From assembly GCA_019348255.1 (NCBI GenBank), contig JAHWJU010000001.1, positions 2,900 to 66,899 of the forward strand: a DNA stretch of 64,000 bases, written 5' to 3'. The position numbers and the translations under genes are program-made. Position 1 is the first letter of the stretch. Each line of letters opens with the position of its first letter. Of the stretch, positions 17,613 to 25,490 are shown piece after piece. This DNA is from Actinomycetota bacterium (GTDB lineage Bacteria; Actinomycetota; Acidimicrobiia; Acidimicrobiales; CADCTF01). The notes under the pieces were generated by a model. That model searched no databases and was not told where the DNA came from. It saw nothing but the letters and a program-made list of their open reading frames with translations.

Positions 17613-18323
17613 GTGAGCAGGCTCCTTGTGTACGACGACGAGCCCCAGGTGCGGCGCCTACTCCGGTCGGGCTTCGAGCGGGAGGGGCACGAGGTCGTCG
17701 TGGTGCACGAGGGGGAGGCCGCCCTCGAGCGTCTGGCCCGGGGAGGCTTGGATCTGCTCGTCCTCGAGGTCGGTACGCCGGGGTGCAGGGGTACCGATGT
17801 GATCCGGCGGGTCAGGGAGTGGTCGGACGTGCCCGTCATCGTGTTGTCCATGCCGCAGGGGCTGGACCACAAGGTGGGCTTGTTGCGGGCGGGAGCCGAC
17901 GACTTCGTCGAGAAGCCGTTTGCCATGGAAGAGCTCAGCGCCCGGGCCCACGCCGTGCTCCGGCGGTGTGAACCCAGTGCCCACTCGGGCGTACTCACCT
18001 TCCACGACGAGCTGGAGGTCGACCTTTCCCGTCGGTTGGTGCTGCTGGGCGGCAACGTGCTGCACTTGACGCCGACCGAGTACCGCCTGCTCGAGGTACT
18101 GGCTCGCAACGCCAAGAAGCTCCTCACCCAGGAGCACCTCCTCCAACGGGTGTGGGGACCGGGATACGCCAACGAGCGCGAGTACCTCCGGACCTACGTG
18201 GGCCAGCTGCGGGCCAAGCTGGGTGATCGGGCGTCCCAACCCCGCTGGATCGCCACAGAGCCGCGCGTGGGGTACCGGTGGCTGGTGGAGCCCGACGTGC
18301 CCCACCACGCGTCCGCGATGTAG
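17613..18323 (+). CDS. OmpR/KdpE-family response regulator with Glu at the phospho-acceptor position
   Basis: GTG 17613 lies 6 nt after 'AGGGAG'. The receiver has 'LLVYDDEP', 'LDLLVLEVGTPG' (E52 encoded at 17766..17768, where KdpE has D52), 'PVIVLS' and 'VEKPF'. The winged helix 'LTPTEYRLLEVLARNAKKLLTQEHLLQRVWGP...YLRTYVGQLRAKLGD...TEPRVGYRW' is KdpE-like. Confidence 0.85.
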   Translation: MSRLLVYDDEPQVRRLLRSGFEREGHEVVVVHEGEAALERLARGGLDLLVLEVGTPGCRGTDVIRRVREWSDVPVIVLSMPQGLDHKVGLLRAGADDFVEKPFAMEELSARAHAVLRRCEPSAHSGVLTFHDELEVDLSRRLVLLGGNVLHLTPTEYRLLEVLARNAKKLLTQEHLLQRVWGPGYANEREYLRTYVGQLRAKLGDRASQPRWIATEPRVGYRWLVEPDVPHHASAM

Positions 18324-18437
18324 CTATCTCCAGCTAACTGGCGGACGCTACATGTTGCTGGTCCTTGTAACTTCTTTACCGAAAAAAGGACATTTGCGGT
18401 GAATCCCTTTCCTTCGTCCGAGGCATGCTGATGGCTT
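18324..18437 (+). promoter_or_regulatory. AT-enriched intergenic region, probable promoter of sigma copy B
   Basis: This is the only conspicuously AT-rich stretch in this part of the window ('ttgtaacttctttaccgaaaaaaggacatttgcggtgaatccctttcc'). It lies directly upstream of the sigma ORF. No confident -35/-10 assignment could be made. Confidence 0.3.
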
Positions 18438-19055
18438 ATGGACGGTGCGGCGGGTGTTGAACGAGGGGGCGGGCCCTCCGATACGGCGGAGGGCGGGCGG
18501 CTGCCCCCGACCGGATCGGGCTTCGAGAACGAGTGGGCGCAGGTGTACGAGGCCCATGCTCCGGCGGTGCTCGCCTTCGCCCGGAGCTGGTTGGGCAACG
18601 CCGCCATGGCCGAGGAGGTCACCCAGGACGTCTTCGTGTGGCTGTGGACCCGCTGCGAGGCCTTCGACCCCACCCGGGGGTCCTTGCGCTCGTACCTGCT
18701 GACCCAGACCCGCTGGCGCTGCGTCGACGTCATCCGGGCCGAGGAGTCACGACGGAAGCGGGAGCGCCGGGTCGCCGGTGTCAGCGAGTTGCACGCGGTC
18801 CCCCACCACGAAGAGGAGCACGCTGCCGAGGAGCGCAGGGAGGCGATCCGGGCAGTCCTCGGCGCCCTCGACCAGCTCCCCCCCGAGGAGCAGCTCCCCA
18901 TCAGCCTGGCCTACTTCGGAGAGCTGACCCACAAGGAGGTGGCTCTGGTCCTCGAGTGGCCCGAGGGCACGGTGAAGTCGCGCATCCGCAGGGGCCTGCA
19001 CCGGATCCGCCACGGCGTGTTCCATCAGTTGGAGATGGCGACCGAGGTCGGCTGA
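18438..19055 (+). CDS. ECF-type RNA polymerase sigma factor, copy B
   Basis: Its domain motifs match copy A, and the 80-aa block 'EWAQVYEAHAPAVLAF...RAEESRRKRERR' is identical. The N- and C-termini differ from copy A. Confidence 0.85.
   Translation: MDGAAGVERGGGPSDTAEGGRLPPTGSGFENEWAQVYEAHAPAVLAFARSWLGNAAMAEEVTQDVFVWLWTRCEAFDPTRGSLRSYLLTQTRWRCVDVIRAEESRRKRERRVAGVSELHAVPHHEEEHAAEERREAIRAVLGALDQLPPEEQLPISLAYFGELTHKEVALVLEWPEGTVKSRIRRGLHRIRHGVFHQLEMATEVG
18501..19008. repeat. Direct repeat copy B (partner of 1113..1622)
   Basis: See copy A. The identical core is 18531..18771, and the offset between copies is 17386 bp. Confidence 0.85.
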
Positions 19056-19155
19056 AACTGCTGTCGCTCCGGCGACACGCTGTTTCCCGGCGATCGCCCC
19101 GTGCCCCATTCCCGACACGGAAGCGGCTGCGTGCTCCCGTGATCCGTCCGGCAGG

Positions 19156-21429
19156 GTGTCCGTAATATCGGAGGTGAGATCGGGACTCGGGCGTAGGGCA
19201 CGGCTGGCCATCGTCGGGCTCGTGGTCCTCATGGTCGCCGTGCCGACGGCCACGTGGCTGGTGCTGTCCTCCGAGGTGACCAGGCTCCCGAGGATCGGCG
19301 CCCGTGCCGGGTTCTCCCCCGGCGGGAACATCTTCAACGAGAGCGACGCCGAGCTGGCCAGATCACTGGACGCCATGGCGGCCAGCGGCGCCGAGTGGGT
19401 CCGCTTCGACTTCCCGTGGGCGTCGGTGGAGCCGGACCCCCCACTGCTGGACCTCCTGGGGGCGGTCACCAGCCGCTCGTTCAAATGGTCGAGCATCGAC
19501 CGGATGGTCGACGCCGCCCACGCCCGGGGGCTGAAGGTCATCGCCCTTCCCTACCTGACGCCGAGCTGGGCCCGTCCGCCGGGCACCATCGACAAGCACC
19601 CGCCGACCGACATCGGCCTCTATGCCGGGTTCGTGGAGGCGGCGGTGCGGCGTTACGCCCCCAAGGGCGTCAAGGTGTGGGAGATCTGGAACGAACCCAA
19701 CCTCTCGAACTTCTGGTCACCCAAGCCCGACCCGTTGCTCTATACGACCCTGCTGAAGGCCACCGGGGCGGCGATCCGTTCCGCCGATGCCGGAGCCACG
19801 ATCCTCCTGGGCGGCCTGTCCCCTGCCATCGACGCCACCGACGGCAACCAGATCTCGCCCAAGACGTTCCTCGAGAAAGTCTATGCCGCGGGGGGGCGCG
19901 GGAGCTTCGACGCCGTGGGCATGCACCCCTACAGCTATCCCGCCCGCCCCCTCGATCCGACCACCGCCAGCTGGAACACCTTCTACCGCCTACCGCTGAT
20001 ACGGGACGTGATGGTGGCCAACGGCGACGGCGCCAAGCAGATCTGGTCCACGGAGTTCGGGGCGCCCACCGGCACCTCGCCGCAGGCGATCAGCGAGGCC
20101 GAGCAGGCGGCCATGGTCACGGACGGCTACAACGCCATCGCCGACTGGGACTGGCACGGGCCCCTCCTGTGGTACTCGCTGCGCGACGACGGCACGGACC
20201 CGAACGACCGTGAGCAGAACTTCGGTCTCCTCAGGCGGGATTTCAGCGCCAAGCCGGCGCTGGCCACCTTCCACTCCGTCATCGGGGGCCTCAACGCCAA
20301 CTACCACCCCCTGGTGCCCAGGGCCATTCTCGACACCCGATCGGGCAACGGCGCGCCGTTGGCCAAGCTCGGCCCGGGCGCCAGGCTGGACCTGCAGGTC
20401 ACCGGCCGCGGCGGGGTGCCGGCCAGCGGGGTGTCGGCGGTGGTGCTCGACGTCACCGCCACCGGACCCACCGCGGTCAGCGAGCTCACGGTCTGGCCCG
20501 CCGGCTGGTCCCGACCGGAGACCTGGGCCCTGAGCTTCCGCGCCAACCAGACGGTCACCGGGCTGACGGTGGCCAAGGTGGGCTCGGGCGGAAAGGTCAG
20601 CGTGTTCAACCGCGCCGGGGAAACCCACGTCATCGGTGCCGTGGTGGGCTACTACGACGACGGCACCGGCACCACAGGAGCCCGGTACACGCCCGTGGGG
20701 CCCACCCGCATCCTCGACACCCGCAGCGGCAACGGGGCCCCGGCGGTGAAGCTCGGGCCGGGCGCCAGCGTGGACCTGCAGGTCACCGGACGGGGTGGAG
20801 TGCCCTCGACCGGCGTCACCGGGGTGGTGATGAACGTCACCGTCACCGAGCCCACCGCCAGCAGCCACCTCACGGCCTGGCCCACCGGCACGACTCGGCC
20901 CGGCACCATCAGCCTGGGCTTCGCTGCCAACCAGACCATCTCCAACCTGGACGTGACGAGGATCGGGTCGGGAGGCAAGGTGAGCCTGTACAACAGAACC
21001 GGTTCTACGCACGTCATTGCCGACGTGGTCGGGTACTACGGCCCCAGCGGGGGCACCACCGGGACGCGCTATACGCCCCTGGTCCCCGCCCGGGTTCTCG
21101 ACACCCGGACGGGCAACGGCGCCCCGACCGTCAAGCTGGGGCCGCGCGGCACCTTGGATGTCCAGGTCACCGGCCGTGGTGGGGTGCCCGCCACCGGGGT
21201 GTCGGGTGTGGTGGTCACCGTCACCGCCTCCGACCCCACCACCGCCAGCAATCTGACGGTATGGCCGACGGGCTCCACTCGCCCTTCGGTCGCCAACCTC
21301 CACTTCACCGCCGGGCGCATTGTCTCGAACTCGGTGTTCATCCGAGCCGGCACCGGCGGCAAGGTCAGCATCTACAACAGCGCAGGGGAGGTTCACGTGA
21401 CTACCGAGGTCGTGGGGTACACGCAATGA
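19156..21429 (+). CDS. Secreted clan GH-A glycoside hydrolase (GH5/GH39-like) followed by three tandem 128-aa beta-rich repeats
   Basis: N-terminal TM/signal 'LAIVGLVVLMVAVPTA' is present. The acid/base motif is 'VKVWEIWNEPN' and the nucleophile motif is 'KQIWSTEFGAP'. Three copies of 'Y-x-P-x-x-P-x-R-(I/V)-LDTR-(S/T)-GNGAP...LQVTGRGGVP...' follow. The exact start is uncertain. Confidence 0.75.
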   Translation: MSVISEVRSGLGRRARLAIVGLVVLMVAVPTATWLVLSSEVTRLPRIGARAGFSPGGNIFNESDAELARSLDAMAASGAEWVRFDFPWASVEPDPPLLDLLGAVTSRSFKWSSIDRMVDAAHARGLKVIALPYLTPSWARPPGTIDKHPPTDIGLYAGFVEAAVRRYAPKGVKVWEIWNEPNLSNFWSPKPDPLLYTTLLKATGAAIRSADAGATILLGGLSPAIDATDGNQISPKTFLEKVYAAGGRGSFDAVGMHPYSYPARPLDPTTASWNTFYRLPLIRDVMVANGDGAKQIWSTEFGAPTGTSPQAISEAEQAAMVTDGYNAIADWDWHGPLLWYSLRDDGTDPNDREQNFGLLRRDFSAKPALATFHSVIGGLNANYHPLVPRAILDTRSGNGAPLAKLGPGARLDLQVTGRGGVPASGVSAVVLDVTATGPTAVSELTVWPAGWSRPETWALSFRANQTVTGLTVAKVGSGGKVSVFNRAGETHVIGAVVGYYDDGTGTTGARYTPVGPTRILDTRSGNGAPAVKLGPGASVDLQVTGRGGVPSTGVTGVVMNVTVTEPTASSHLTAWPTGTTRPGTISLGFAANQTISNLDVTRIGSGGKVSLYNRTGSTHVIADVVGYYGPSGGTTGTRYTPLVPARVLDTRTGNGAPTVKLGPRGTLDVQVTGRGGVPATGVSGVVVTVTASDPTTASNLTVWPTGSTRPSVANLHFTAGRIVSNSVFIRAGTGGKVSIYNSAGEVHVTTEVVGYTQ
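20296..21426 (+). repeat. Three in-frame tandem repeats of 384 bp (20296, 20680, 21064)
   Basis: The period is exactly 384 nt between equivalent codons (A/A/T of '(A/T)-(N/R)-Y-(H/T)-P'). Conserved blocks are 'LDTRSGNGAP', 'LQVTGRGGVP', 'L(T/S)(V/A)WP(A/T)G', 'GSGGKVS(V/L)(F/Y)N' and 'VVGYY'. Confidence 0.85.
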
Positions 21430-22589
21430 GGACGCCGGGAACGGGGGACCGCCGTCACCGCTTCGTCGTCGTCGGTCTCGTCACAGGGGCGCTGGTCTTC
21501 GGCGGTAGCCTTGCTCGAGCCAGTGCCAGCCACGAGAAGGACCAACCCATATCGCTGCTGGGCATCGAGCTGGAGCTGCCCATCCCCCTGCCGCCCCTGC
21601 CGCCACTGCCGGTTCCACTGCTGGACGACCTGCTCGCGCCCGCTGAAACCACCACCACCACAGCACCCACGGCCACCACCGCAGTGGGGACGCCGACGCC
21701 ACCCACGGTCACCACGTCGACGGTGGCGCCCGGCCCGGGGACCAGCACCACGCTTGCGCCCGCTCCGCGGGTGGGTCGCATCGTGTTCTCCAGCAACCGG
21801 GACGGTTTCGCCAGTGGCAGAGGTGGCGGGGGGAACTTCGACATCTACGTCATGAACGCCGACGGTTCGGCGGTCACCCGTCTCACCGACCACCCGGCAC
21901 TCGACGATGGCCCCGTGCCCTCCCCCGACGGCAGCCGCATCGCGTTCCGGAGCACCCGGGACCGGAACTTCGACATCTACGGCATGAACGTCGACGGCAC
22001 GAACGTGACCCGGCTCACCAGTGCTCCCGGCGTCGACTCGTATCCCTCCTGGTCTCCCGACGGCGCTCGCATCACCTTCCGTAGCGATCGCGATGGTCAG
22101 GACGACATCTACGTCATGAATGCCGACGGCTCGAACCCCGTGCGCCTGACCAATCACGGTGCGCACGACCACTCACCGGCGTGGTCGCCCGACGGCCGCC
22201 GCATCGCCTTCGTGAGCGATCGCGACGGTCAGGACGACATCTACGTCATGAACGCCGACGGCTCGAACCCCGTGCGCGTGACGGCGGATCCGAAGCCCGA
22301 TCGGAGCCCGGCGTGGTCCCCCGACGGCGGCCGCCTGGCTTTCGTGAGCGAGCGCCACGGCAACGACGAGATCTACGTGATGAACCCCGACGGCGGCGAC
22401 GTCGTCCGGCTGACCTCCAACCGGGCGGCCGACCTCTCGCCCGCCTGGTCCCCCGACGGCCGCCGCGTCGCCTTCTCCAGCGATCGGGACGGCGACCCCG
22501 AGATCTACACCATGGACACCGCCGGCGGCACCGTGGCCCGTGTCACCGACGACGGGGGGGTTAGCCACCTGCCGGCATGGCTGCCGTGA
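21426..22589 (+). CDS. Secreted TolB-like beta-propeller protein (PD40/WD40-like repeats)
   Basis: ATG 21426 forms an ATGA overlap with the upstream stop. Signal/TM 'FVVVGLVTGALVFGGSLARASA' is followed by a Thr/Pro-rich linker. The unit '...SPDG-x-RIAF-x-SDRDG-x-DIYVMNADGS-x-(V/P)-x-RLT' is repeated. Two units (around 22086 and 22218) are nearly identical at the DNA level. Confidence 0.8.
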   Translation: MRTPGTGDRRHRFVVVGLVTGALVFGGSLARASASHEKDQPISLLGIELELPIPLPPLPPLPVPLLDDLLAPAETTTTTAPTATTAVGTPTPPTVTTSTVAPGPGTSTTLAPAPRVGRIVFSSNRDGFASGRGGGGNFDIYVMNADGSAVTRLTDHPALDDGPVPSPDGSRIAFRSTRDRNFDIYGMNVDGTNVTRLTSAPGVDSYPSWSPDGARITFRSDRDGQDDIYVMNADGSNPVRLTNHGAHDHSPAWSPDGRRIAFVSDRDGQDDIYVMNADGSNPVRVTADPKPDRSPAWSPDGGRLAFVSERHGNDEIYVMNPDGGDVVRLTSNRAADLSPAWSPDGRRVAFSSDRDGDPEIYTMDTAGGTVARVTDDGGVSHLPAWLP

Positions 22590-22696
22590 TCCTTCGCCGG
22601 CTCGCCGCGCCGTCGGCTGGGCGGACCCGGGTCGGCGTCGGGGGAACGGTGAAGGACGGGCCCCCGGTCCACGGTCCAGTCGTCCTGCCGGGGAGG

Positions 22697-22737
22697 ACCG
22701 GCGCCCCGCCCTAGCGGTGGGACGGGGCGCCGGTTTC
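22697..22737 (+). terminator. Hairpin downstream of the TolB-like gene
   Basis: 'ACCGGCGCCCCG' (22697..22708) pairs perfectly with 'CGGGGCGCCGGT' (22723..22734) and is followed by 'TTTC'. Confidence 0.5.
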
Positions 22738-22866
22738 GCCACGGCAGGGGCGGCACGGCCGTGGCCTCCTGTGCATACGGGGGCCGACAGGTGGCGGATG
22801 CGGCGGGATTGATCCAGGCCGGGCCGGCTCCGTAGAGATGCCGTGGGTCGCCCGCGGAGATCGACG

Positions 22867-24054
22867 ATGTCGCAACCGGGTGCGGTGTCGGGACGGGTGG
22901 CGATCGTGCACGAGCGGTTCACCGAGTTGGGCGGCTCCGAGCGGGTGGTCGAGCAGCTCCATGCGCTCTGGCCCGACGCCACCATCCACACCACCGTCGC
23001 CGATGCCGCCGCCCTGCCGCCCGGCTTGGCGACCGCCGACGTCCGCACCAGTGCCTTGCAGCGGCTGTACCGGGGTGACGGGCGCTACGCCCACCTGCTC
23101 CCCCTCCTGCCGGCGGCGATCCGCAGGCTCGACCTCACCGCCGCCGACCTGGTGGTGTGCAGCCACCACGCATTCGCCAACCTGGTACGGGCCCGCCCCG
23201 GCGTGCCGGTGATCTCCTACACCCACACTCCTGCCCGGTGGATGTGGGATCGGGGGATGCTGGCCGATGAGGTGGGGGGACGTCTCGGCCGGGCCGGCCT
23301 GGGCGCCTTCGCCCGCCTGCACCGTCCCGTCGACGCCCGAGCGGCCCGGAGGGCTCACGTCATCGTGGCCAACTCGCGCCACGTGGCCAAGCGGGTCCGG
23401 CAGTGTTGGGGCCGGGTCGCCGAGGTGGTGCACCCTCCCGTCGATGTCGAGCGCTTCGCACCGGACCGCGGCGTGGAGCGCGAGGACTTCTTCCTCCTGT
23501 CCGGGCGCCTGGTGCCCTACAAGCGACCCCACGTGGCGGTCGCCGCAGCGGTGCACGCCGGCGTGCGCCTGGTGGTGGCCGGCGACGGCCGGGCCAGGCC
23601 GGCCGTCGAGGCGGTTGCCGGCAAGGGTGTGGAGCTTCTGGGCCAGGTCGACGACGCAACCCTCGAGGAGCTCTACCGGCGCTGCCGGGCGCTGGTCTTT
23701 CCCGGCGAGGAGGACTTCGGCATCGTCCCGGTGGAGGCCCAGGCCTGTGGCACGCCGGTACTGGCCTGGGGGGTGGGAGGGGTGCTCGACTCGGTCGTGG
23801 ACGGCGTCACCGGCACCTTCTACGACCACGGCAGCGCGGGTACCGAGGTGGACGCGCTGGCGTCGGCCATGGTCGGCTTCGAGGACGAGCGCTTCCGACC
23901 GGAGGTGATCTCCGCCCATGCTCGCCGGTTCTCTCAGGACGCGTTCCGGCGCCGGTTCCGGACGGTGGTCGATCGAGTCCTCGCCTGTCAACAGGGATGC
24001 CGTCATTCCTCGACACCCGATCGCCCACGGGCCGTGCCCGGCGTGGCCGACTAG
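22867..24054 (+). CDS. Glycosyltransferase family 4
   Basis: 'VAIVHERFTELGGSERVVEQL' and 'FPGEEDFGIVPVEAQACGTPVLAWGVGGVLDSVVDGVTGTF' are present. The start is ATG 22867 or the track start at 22843. Confidence 0.8.
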   Translation: MSQPGAVSGRVAIVHERFTELGGSERVVEQLHALWPDATIHTTVADAAALPPGLATADVRTSALQRLYRGDGRYAHLLPLLPAAIRRLDLTAADLVVCSHHAFANLVRARPGVPVISYTHTPARWMWDRGMLADEVGGRLGRAGLGAFARLHRPVDARAARRAHVIVANSRHVAKRVRQCWGRVAEVVHPPVDVERFAPDRGVEREDFFLLSGRLVPYKRPHVAVAAAVHAGVRLVVAGDGRARPAVEAVAGKGVELLGQVDDATLEELYRRCRALVFPGEEDFGIVPVEAQACGTPVLAWGVGGVLDSVVDGVTGTFYDHGSAGTEVDALASAMVGFEDERFRPEVISAHARRFSQDAFRRRFRTVVDRVLACQQGCRHSSTPDRPRAVPGVAD

Positions 24055-24085
24055 CCCATTGCCGTTCACCTCACTGGAGGAACCC

Positions 24086-25393
24086 GTGGAAGAGCAACCT
24101 GGCGTCGACGACCGCAGAGGCCGATCGGCGGTCGGGGACGACCGGCCCCGGCGGGGGAGCAGGGAGCGAAAGCTCCACGAAGTCCCCGCCCCGCCTACCG
24201 ACCCCGTCGATGAGGTTCACCAGTTGAGCGAGACTCGTCGCCAGGTCTCCGACCTCCACCTGGAGGCCGCCAGGGCCCAGGCTGCGGCGCTGGAGAAGGC
24301 CCTCGAGGTCCTGGCCGACGCAGAGGCGGAGGGCGAGGGCGTGCGCCAGTCCGCCCGCAAGGTCCTGGCCGACGCCAAGGTAGAGGCCGACGGCATGCGC
24401 CAGTCCGCCCGCAAGGTCCTGGCCGACGCCGAGGCAGAGGCCGAGGGCATGCGCCAGTCCGCCCGCAAGGTCCTGGCCGACGCCGAGGCAGAGGCAGAGG
24501 CTGTGCTGGAGAAGGCCCGCAAGGTCCTGGCTGACGCCGAGGCAGAGGCCCAAACCGTGCTGGAGAAGGCCCGCAAGGTCCTGGCTGAAGGCGAGGCGGA
24601 GGCGGGGGCGGTGCTCGAGGACAGTCGACGGGACGCTGCCCACCTACGGGCGGAGTCGGAGAAGGAGGCGACGGGGCACGCCGAGGTGCTCTTGGCCCGC
24701 GCCCACAAGGAGCGCGACGACCTCATGGCGGCGGCCGAGGCGGCGGCCGCTGCCCTCAGAGAGGAAGCGGCCACCACGTCCGAGGCATTGCTGGACACGG
24801 CTCAGGACAAGGCCGTCCGGCTGCTGCAGGAGGCCCAGGAGGACTCGACTCGCATTCGAGCCGGATCCGTCGCCGTCCGCGAGCAAGCCGAGGCGCCGAC
24901 GGCCGTCGCCGGCGCCTCGGCGACCGGCCAGGGACCGGCCCAGTCGGAGGAATCGAGTGCCAGCAGCGAAGACGCCCGGCGAGGAGCCGATCTCGCCGGG
25001 CTCCAGGAGGACATGCGCATGCTGGCGAAGATGCTGGGTGAGGCCCTCCAGGTGTTGTCGGCGCAGGCGGGTCCGACCGCCGGCCCGCCGGCGCTGGACG
25101 AGCCAGCGGCCGCCCCGCCGGCGGTCCGGGAGCCGGCGGCGCCCGAGGTGCACGCCGCCGAGGTCGAGGCGCCGGCGGCACCAAGCCCCACTCCCTCCGA
25201 GCCTCCCGTGCCCCTGATCGGCTCACGGGGAAACCAGGCGGCCCCGTCTACGCCGGCGCCGACACCGTCCGGCGGCGAGTCCGGGCCGCCGTCAGCCGGC
25301 GGCACCGCGCTCCACCCGGGCGCGGGGCGCGCCCACGCCGACTGGCCCACGACCAGGCGGAACCGCCGGGGCTGGCGCTACCGCGGCTTCTGA
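24086..25393 (+). CDS. Ala/Glu-rich coiled-coil protein with 18-aa tandem repeats and a Pro/Ala-rich tail
   Basis: GTG 24086 lies 4 nt after 'GGAGGA'. There are six repeats of 'RQSARKVLADAEAEAEGM' / 'VLEKARKVLADAEAEAQT'. No enzymatic motif is visible. The first 56 codons of the track ORF overlap the GT4 gene and are not counted. Confidence 0.6.
   Translation: MEEQPGVDDRRGRSAVGDDRPRRGSRERKLHEVPAPPTDPVDEVHQLSETRRQVSDLHLEAARAQAAALEKALEVLADAEAEGEGVRQSARKVLADAKVEADGMRQSARKVLADAEAEAEGMRQSARKVLADAEAEAEAVLEKARKVLADAEAEAQTVLEKARKVLAEGEAEAGAVLEDSRRDAAHLRAESEKEATGHAEVLLARAHKERDDLMAAAEAAAAALREEAATTSEALLDTAQDKAVRLLQEAQEDSTRIRAGSVAVREQAEAPTAVAGASATGQGPAQSEESSASSEDARRGADLAGLQEDMRMLAKMLGEALQVLSAQAGPTAGPPALDEPAAAPPAVREPAAPEVHAAEVEAPAAPSPTPSEPPVPLIGSRGNQAAPSTPAPTPSGGESGPPSAGGTALHPGAGRAHADWPTTRRNRRGWRYRGF
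24308..24631 (+). repeat. Six in-frame tandem 54-bp repeats
   Basis: 'GTCCTGGC(C/T)GA' recurs at 24308, 24362, 24416, 24470, 24524 and 24578. Confidence 0.9.
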
Positions 25394-25490
25394 GCGCCCC
25401 GGTCGTTCCATCGTACCGTGGTCGGGCCGGTGCCCCGGGCGCCGGAGTCGCCGCCTCCGGGGGAAGGTGGAGACGGGAGCACCCCGTCGC

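Noticed and set aside
22086-22285. A near-identical ~65-bp DNA repeat inside the TolB-like gene, considered as a possible mobile or recombination element.
   Set aside because: It corresponds to consecutive PD40 propeller blades ('SDRDGQDDIYVMNADGSNPVR(L/V)T'), so it is ordinary intragenic repeat structure.
24308-24631. A regularly spaced repeat array that could superficially look like a CRISPR array.
   Set aside because: The period is only 54 bp and there are no unique spacers. The repeats are in frame within a coding sequence and translate to an 18-aa coiled-coil unit.
25394-25490. Imperfect GC palindromes between the convergent coiled-coil and GT2 genes, considered as a bidirectional terminator.
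   Set aside because: Only short, interrupted stems could be drawn by eye. They are not distinguishable from background in GC-rich DNA.
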